NCBI RefSeq assembly: GCF_022045235.1
Contig: NW_027266273.1
Location: 4,712,001 to 4,776,000 of the forward strand
From: Haliotis cracherodii
Taxonomy: Eukaryota
DNA length: 64,000 nucleotides
Direction: 5' to 3'
Shown in pieces: positions 54,501 through 63,800 of the stretch. The notes under the pieces were generated by a model that made no database searches, was not told the DNA's origin, and worked only from the letters and a program-made list of their open reading frames with translations. Each line of letters starts with the position of its first letter. Position 1 is the first letter of the stretch. The position numbers and the translations under genes are program-made.

Positions 54501-54817
54501 GTTGAAAGTGCTGTGGCCGTTAGGGTTGTACGAGAGGTTTGTGAGGAAATAAAAGTTGCAAAACATGTGGTTGAGACGCAACAAATATACACAACAAACA
54601 TTCAGGAGGAGGTAATCCAGTCCGAGACACTGACAGAGACACATGTGGCAGTGGAAAGGTGCGTGTTGTCAGGCCTCAGTGTAATTCAACCTTGGATAGG
54701 ACGTAGTGAAAGTCAGGTTTGATAAGCTGCTTCTAATCGTCAAGGAGAGGTAATAGGCTATGATTCCTGTAAATGTTTTGAAATAACAGTGACTCTTCAC
54801 GTCATCTGCCCTCAGAA

Positions 54818-54852
<35 letters not shown>

Positions 54853-57800
54853 CATACATGGTCAAAAATGATTGTGATGGTGTCTATCTTCTCGGTCAAA
54901 TCATGGTCAGAGTACTTGATATATTACCTTGGTTAATGTGTCAGAGTGCATTCAAATTGCATTTTCAGCTCCCTGGGGAGTATAATTAAAAAAAAAACAA
55001 TTCTGTAAGCATAAAACAGATAATCAATACTCTCATCTGAGCTTAAGTAAAACATTAAGTCAGTTATGACATAATTTGTCAGCCACAGAAGCTAGTATGG
55101 CTGTTGATGACCTTCACCTTGCTTGCATGTTGTTATTGTTAGAGCTGTATTCTGAGAATGGAAAAGAAAGCTGGATGAGTTCAGGTATTCCAGTAGACTA
55201 CATTCATGGGTGAATATGATATCTTCACCTCATTGTACCAGTTTTTTCAGTATATATTTTAGTAACACATTTATGATTTTAAACATCTATGCATCCGCTG
55301 AGATCTTCTCATGACCACTATCAGGAACATGTTACCATGGAAACCTATGTCAGAACAACATGGTATTCCTATTCGAAAGGGAAATAGAAAGACTACGTCA
55401 AATCACTTTTTGGCATGTTGCTCAATAAATGCATGTTCTGAATCGGTTCCAAGTTTTACACCAAGAACCTGCCCAAGCATTTCAAGTGTTGCTAAGTGAT
55501 TTTATATATACTGCTGGGTATTTGTATGTACTTACTTTAAACTGACAGATTGGAGTTGTTTTAATCCTATCATTATCCCATAATTCCTCTGCCACAAATT
55601 TTGTTGTGTGAAGATATCTGAAAAAAAAACGGTAGGAAGTTGTTAAGAGATTGATAGGAAGATTAGATGTTTCGCTTGGCTCACAGGGCAGATATTAGCG
55701 TTAATCTCGGCTGTATTTGCCATTATGAACTGTATAAAAAGCACTTGCATCCACTTGATAAACTGCCAGACGTCTGGGAAGCTGCTTATGAGATTTATCT
55801 GCAGGAAAAGTAACGTTCTTACTTGATTATTTTCTCTTCTTTGTAATCAAATGGTTATCGGTGTAATTGAAACATACATATCTACCTAAGAACTTGTTTT
55901 GACTTTATTTTTATGGGAGTGTGATATTAGTTATAGTTTGATGATAGTTGTCATTCATGGTGCCTCATATATAGCTTGGGGGTATACTAAAACGAATTCG
56001 AGGATTTTCTTGGATATTCAGTGTTATTGGTCAAGAGCTGACCAAGCTGTTTATTTCATCACTGTCTGTTGTTGGTGTGATCCTGTGCAGAAGTATATTA
56101 GTCACTACAGGTCTAATCAAGACTTCTTTTTGGACTTTTTGTGAATTTTAATGAGGTTTGCTTTTAAGGCTCAGTTGACATATTACATGGGACTAGGCCT
56201 GGTTCAATTGGCAGTTCCAGCAAGTTTGATTCAAGTACGGTATTCGACGTAATAAGTGCCCCGCTCTAATAAGCGTCCACGGCAATATTTGCTAATATAT
56301 TGACTAGTGCACGATCCCAGTTAGGACCCCTTCCAATTGATCAATGTACACAAGACTTACTTATTCGTGTATAATGCGCACTCATGTGTTATATGCACCC
56401 TCAATTATGGGCAATTCAACTCTGGAAAAATATATCTGTCGTATGTAAACATTTCAGGCTGTCAGCATAAACCACGAAATTTACGATTTTTCAACCAAAA
56501 TAATATTCTAATAAGAGCCCCCTATTTCTAATTTTGAGAGGGCCCTGGGAGCTTATACGGTAATTCAAATCTCACTTTGTTGTTTGATGAGTCAAATTTG
56601 CTCCCGTATGTCAGTCTAGCAGATAGCAATTAGCCTAATTACACAGAGACAGTGTCCTATTGGCTTGAATCACAGGTTCTTCTGTCAGTACCTTACCTTT
56701 GCTTGGGTGTAAAAGTCTTTAAAAGTGACTTCAGGCTTTTGGTATTTAATTCAAGTTACTCACTAAGTTATCCAATCTTTGTAACTGTTAGGGGGCGGTC
56801 GGGTAGCCTAGTGGTTAAAGCGTTCGCTCGTCAAGCCGAAGACCCGGGTTTTGATTACCAACATGGATACAATGTGTGAAGCCCATTTCTGGTGTCCCCC
56901 GCCATGATATTGCTGGAATATTGCTAAAAGTGGCGTAAAACCATACCAACTCAATTGTAACTGTTTGGCCACCATGTTGTGCAATGTATCGTGGACCATA
57001 GTGATGTACTTAGTAACTCTATGCAAGCGGCCCACCTCGGGCTGATGTGTGGTGGAGTGGTTGTAAGGTAGCTGTAAGGAACGTAGCATGTTGTTGTTTG
57101 TAACCTTCTCCAGGATGTTGCTGATGAGGGTTCCCATGGAGACTGGAATATTACATGTGTGACTTTACAGGAGAGATTTGTTTGTTCTTGTTCCCTGTGT
57201 CTATGGTGGCATATTAAAGATGTAGGGTCAGAAGGACGTTCTGTTGTATATGCGAGGAGATGGGTTCCAATGAAATAATCAGTGAATCTGAGACTGGACA
57301 TCGCCAGACCATCCAGACAAACTCAACCAAAGTTTAATATTGATCACCTGTGACTGTTGTCTCATGTGGGGAAAAGAGTAAAATGTTACAATCAACGACA
57401 TTCACAGAAAATTTGAAAAAACCTGTGTGACCACTCTAGAAAGAGCTACAAAGTCTCTGGTCTATATTTAATTTATCTTTTTCCCTTCCAGGTTGAAAGA
57501 TGGTGAAGAAGTCCTCCCAAGTCCACGTGCCAAAGCCACATACAAAGATGGCATGGCAACACTTGATCTCAAAGACCTTGAACCTGAAGATGGAGGGAAA
57601 TACACCTGCCGTGCTACCAACAGCTTCGGAGATATTGAAACCACAGCAAATCTCAAAGTTGAAGGTCAGTACGCTTCTCGTGTGAACAATGGTGGTGAAG
57701 ATGAATGGTGTGTCTGGAGAGTATCAGTTGTTTTATTCTAATCTTTCATATCTGTATGTCTTCTAATATAGAAGGATAACATATGCATTTAATTTCAGTA

Positions 57801-60800
57801 ATATTTGATGAGTGATGGGATGTTTTTAAATATATATAGCAATGGAGGTGATTGTATATTTTGAGTTATTATTGGTGTTATTTTTGTTTTACAGAAGTTC
57901 GCCACCGTAGAAGGAAGAAGGCTGAAGAGGCCAAACTCAAGTGAGTGTTTTGGAATATTTTAGCCAATCAATAGCATTTTTAGTGACCTTCATTCCATTA
58001 TTCTTGTAGAATATCAGGTACAGGATCAGGAGGGAATGTACTATCTTAGTCATGAATGACATGGTATGATTATGGAAGTTTCCTACAAGGAAACATGGTC
58101 GCCTCAAACTAGTAGGCCTTCTGATGGGGTGATATTTATTTATTGTCAAATGTAGGTTAGACCGGTATTAAGTTTAATGACTAAGTCATCATCCATTTCT
58201 ACCTGGAAAGGGCGGTCGGGTAGCCTAGTTAAACCATTTGTTCATCACGCCGAAGACCCGGGTTTGATTCCCGACATGGGTACAATGTGTGAAGCCCATG
58301 TCTGGTGTCCCCAGCCGTGATATTAACAGAGATGATAATCTGATGATTACTTGTTCTGGGTGTCTTCGTGTTTCAAAAATGTAGATTAAGTGTTCAGATC
58401 CTTGAGCCCTTGATGCTTTATATGATGCTGATAAGAGTCTATCCCCATAGATGGTTTATGCCATTTCCTGGAACACCCCAAGAAGTGTAACATCTTCATT
58501 GACATCTTCATTTCTCACCGCAGACAACTTAAGAAGGAAGTTTCAGAAGTTGAGGCCGACATCCCCCCAGAGTTCACACTGCCTCTGATCGACCAAGTAG
58601 CACCAGTGGGAGACTCCATTGAGTTGACTGTCACAGGTATGTTAAGTGGAGGAAACAGATGTTTGTGAATAGACCTTGACATTTTTTCTTTCAGAATTTT
58701 GGCAAGATGCTAATATATTTTGACCCATTTGTATGCTCTGGCTCACTGCTGGATGCTGACAAGGGACTGTGACACTTTGGGACTGTTACAGGTATGTTTG
58801 GTGGAGGAAACATGATCCTTATGTTGAAGAAGAACAGATATCGATGTTGGTGTATAGACCTTGAAGTTTTTATGCTGTATTTTTGGCAAGATGCTAATAT
58901 GTTTTGACCCATTTGTATGCCCTGGCTCACTGTGGGACTGTGATGGTGTGGCATGTTGCTCAGACTCTCAACCACCGGTTGTCTGATCCTGACCTGACAA
59001 TGAACAGGTGTCCATGGTATATCTGAACCATTGATGTTTGAGGCCATCCACTCATTCTATGCCTCATCCTGCCATACATGCATGCTAGAACACTGTCACA
59101 TTATGTCTTGACATGATGGATTTAAAATCAAGCTATAGCTCAGGCTTCCTGGTTGCATATTACTCCAGCTGCCTCAGTGCTCAGCCACAATAGTGTCTAG
59201 TCCTTCCGGGTACCCATTCAACAACTGGAAAGACTGTGGTATCATCATGTCAGATAACAATGTACTTTTAGACTTTTAGAGATGCAGAACACTTTGTTGT
59301 AAGGTGGATCTTTGACTGAATCTTTCAACAATGTTAATAGAAATTATTTATATCAAGATAGAATCTTCACTGGTCTCATTTATTGTCACAGTGACATGCC
59401 GACCTGAAGCCGAGGTAGACTTCTATCATGGGGATGAGAAGGTGTCGGCCGGAGGTCGCTTCAAACTGAAACAGGACAAGGACGTGTATAGTCTCATCAT
59501 CAGCGATCTCAGACTGGAGGATGCTGGAGAATGGAGCTGCCAAGCTACAAATGCATTTGGCAAAACACAGTGCTCATGTGACGTCCAGGTGCTTGGTAAG
59601 TCTTGTTTATAGTCTCCATGAAAATAAATGCCAGATATGTCTCTGTCACAGGTTTAGGTTTGTTGCAGGACGTAAGTTTCAGAAATTGTTTATCGCGCCA
59701 GTAAAATATATGCGAGATATTTTCTGTCATGGGAATAGATTTATAGGAGGACAGTATCAGTTTTAAAAATCATCTTTGATGTTAGGTCATTTAATCAGAA
59801 CTGAATTTGCAGGATGCTTGAAGACCCAGAGGCCATAAGGCTGTGGGATACACATTGTTTTTTCTATGTCCTTGTGCAGCAAGATGATGCGAAGCATTGT
59901 TATTGTTGAACTCATGCACCTTGCTGTGACATCACTGTTGTTCTGCTACAGACTCTGTGCCAGAAGGTTCCAAGAAGCCTCGGTTCACACGAGGACTGGA
60001 TGCTATGACCATCACTGAGGGCAGCAAGGCACAGCTGAAGTGTCGCGTCACCGGACTGCCACAGCCACAGATTGAATGGTAAGAAAGCATAACACTCTGA
60101 TCTGACTGAAAGTAAACGGTTAGAGTTGATTAGTTGAATGGTTTCAGTTCTTCTTAAAGTCTTCAAAATAACTTGAATCATACACTCAAAGTGACGACTG
60201 TGGGAGGTGTTCGAAGAGACTTTGATCAGACTTTTCATTCAGATTATCAAAATAGACAAGTGTAGCTAGCTATATTTCTCATATGAAATCATCATAAAGA
60301 AAAGCAAAATTTAAAAAAGAGAAATGTCTTGTGTAACAATAGATTATAACCGGTCTACCATAATTTCAGTGTTTTGTGATTTGTAAAGACATGCTCATGG
60401 TATTGTCTGAATCATAACATCAACTCTGCTGTCAGTAGAGATTTCTTTTGATTATGAAAAGGGTTTTGTTGCTTTTATTTGAGTAAGTAATTATCTTTGT
60501 TTCATTCAACCATTGTAAGGTTGTATGTCTGTTTTGAAATATTGCTTCTTGTGATGAGCATTACAATTATTTGAAAAAAAAAGCCTTCAAGCTGGCAATA
60601 AAGAGTGTCAGCAGTAAACAATTAAGTGGACTCCAGCTGTGGCTGTTGAGTGCTGATGGAGTCATCTCTCCTTCCAGGTACAAAGACAGACAGAGGATCG
60701 AGGCCAGTCACCACTACGAGATGATCCAGGAGGATGACGACGTTCACATTCTGGTTATAGATGGTGCCACCAAAGACGACACAGGGTCATACATGTGTCG

Positions 60801-63800
60801 TGCTGTCAATGAAGCAGGCTCTGCTTCTACAGAGGCCAGAATACGTGTACAGAGTAAGTGCATCGTGTATCTCAATTAGTTACCATCACCTGGATCACAT
60901 GTCAGTGTGAAGTTGGATTCTCTGTAAGCACTTGTTAAATCTCCAACATCATCAACAAGGCTTGGGCAATTCCTTTCGAATTTATATATGTTGATAGTAA
61001 TGGAGTTTTTCTGACACAGAGAGGATCCGGGGTAGAATAGGTCTTCAGCAACCCATGCCTGCCATAAAAGGCGACTATGCTTGCCGTAAGAGGCGACTGA
61101 CGGGATAGGGTGGTCTGGCTCGCTGACTTGGTTGATGCATGTCATCGTATCCCAATTGTGCGGATCAATGATCATGATGTCAATCACTAGATTGTTTGGT
61201 CGAGACTTGATTATTTACAGACCGCCGTCATATAGCTGGAAAATTGCTGAGTGTGGCTTTAAACAACATGAAACTGACACAGAGAGTTATAATGCTTGAT
61301 GGTGTGGAGCAGAGACAAATCAGAATTGAATGCAGATGGCTGAGTAATTGAATTAACAGGCACCATGATGTGTGACAGCGAGATAAACATCAGAGACAAG
61401 TTTAATAAACAATTTATGATTTCAATGAGCAGGAAAGAGATCATCATGCTGCTAGTGATACACTAAACCAGGGTAAAAAATGAAGCATGGAAATGATTTA
61501 GTGAATCTTGTATTGCAGAGGTGTCTGATCAAGAGATCCAGAGAGAGGACACCACCAGAGTGACTGCAGCGCCGACAAAACAATACCGATTCCAGATGGC
61601 GCCAGACTTCACTGTGAAGCTCCGGAACAAGTCTGTCCTGGAGAACAGCCATGTGAGACTGGCCTGCTCCGTCACTGGCATCCCTGACCCCACCATCAAG
61701 TGGTACAAGGATGGCCAGGACATCACCGACATGACCAGATACACCATCCTGGTAAGTGACATCTTGTTATTCAGGAAACATTGCGGAGATACCAGGCAGA
61801 AGATGTTCTGATTTTAGATTTGGTTATTGCTTTAATATAACTGGAATATTGCTGACTGTGGCTAGACATCAAGTAGATTTGTTATCTGTGGAGAACAACC
61901 AGTGAACCAAGAGGACCTTCAGATTATCTGTCCTAAGTGAATGAATCTGTCTTTCATCATTCAGTTATTGGGCATGGAGTATTGTGTGTTTTCAGTAGGT
62001 TATTCTCTACATTAGCAACACATGTAAACTCTACAAACAAATGTTAATGAAGTTTACCAGTTGTTATCAATCTGTGATGTCATGAACAAGTGATGACATC
62101 ATATTGGGTTGTTCACAGGATTGTATGTCACATGGCTTTAACTGACCAACCAGCTTTAAGAATCTCTAAAATGCTCCAATATTGTAAAGTTATTACACTA
62201 AATCATTTTAGGTCTGGGTAATATATTACATGAAGTGGGACTCCTGGAGCAGAATAGGACCCCTGAAGTCCCTGAAGCCTAATGGGTATCAGATGGACAC
62301 AATGGATGCTGATTTTGGCTTAGCATGAAGGAAATTCTTCCACTTTCAGTAGCATAGCATGGAGACAATCCATTGACACTCCATCATAACGGAGATAGCA
62401 CTGACTGTTAACTTGTATGTGGCTTTAGAAGACTGTGTGGAGGAACTATAATTTCTCCTGGTGTTTACAGAACAACTACGGCCTGCTGTCCCTGGAGATC
62501 CTGAGGACGGCAACATCCGACAGCGGCTGCTACACCTGCGAAGCCTCCAACTGCGAGGGCACCGTCACCTGCAGTGCCAGTCTTGATGTGCAGTGTATGT
62601 ACTCAACCCTTTATCTATGTAATACTTTCATTAAAATGCAAGTACAAAAGTAATCTTTTTCGACATAACTGTATTGACAATACCTTCATTATTTTACCCC
62701 AGGCCTGGATCGTATGTCCCCCGAGTTTGACCAGCGACCCCGTTTCCTGAACCCCCTGGGTGACATCTGCATCAGGGAGGGAGAGGATGCAGTGTTTGAG
62801 TGCACCGCCACTGGCAAACCATCACCCTCATTCAAATGGTAAGACACAATAGTACATTGGACAAGGAATTGGTTACACTGTTGGCTCATGCAGCAAGCTT
62901 AGCACGTTTTGTCAACAGATGATGGGGCCCAAAAGATGTGGTACATTCTGTACAGTATCTGGTTATAGTTAACATTAATTATGAACCTAAATAAACATGG
63001 CCACATGTCTACACCTCGGTGTGATGTTTAATGTACTTACTCACTCTACACCTGGGGCCACGGGTGGCCAAGTCGTCTAAGGCGCCGTGATTTGTTGTGC
63101 AGAGTTGCGTCCCTTGGGCATGCCAGAAACCTATGATTGTGGGTTCGAATCCCGGTTCGCCCCAATTATGTTTCTAGGTTTGTCAGCACCATACACGTGC
63201 TCGTGGGTTTCACCGAAGTGGTAAACGTCTGAGACCTGCATCACTTTGGGCTTTCCTCCCACATTAAGCTGACATGGCGCAATATAACAGGAATACTGTT
63301 AAAAGAGGCGTTAAACCCAACTCACTCACTCACTCACTCTACACCTTGAAAGATTGTTTGGGGCCATATAAATTATAACAAAGTTGCTGCTGATGTTGCT
63401 GTTGATGCTGATGCTGATGCTGATGCTGATGATTTGGTATTTATTGTTCCACTATTTGTTGTCATTTGATTCCAAGAGCCAACGAATGCTGTTTAGCAGT
63501 CATCCAATCGCAGCCTACAAAAAATCAGCCACTGTCTGTCTGCTTGTTTAAGTTGAAGGGGGCCAGTCGAAAGGACATCCTGAACACTTAAGCTTTTCTT
63601 CAAATATTTGACCAATTATTTTCCTTGGATGTACCAAATTTTCACACTAATATTAATTTTCCACTTTGTGAATGCCAGGCAAAAGGATGTGAGAGAAGTC
63701 TTCAGCAGTTCCAGAATCAACATCGAGTCGGACGAGGACGGCAAGGCTCGTCTTGTTGTGAAGAATGCCCGTCTTTCAGACTCTGGGCTGTATGTATGTG

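Noticed and set aside
54789-54989. Poly-Met, poly-His or poly-Asp ORFs; possible acceptor at ctcag 54815
   Set aside because: A (GAT)11 microsatellite; splicing in from the phase-2 donor at 54658 meets a stop immediately.
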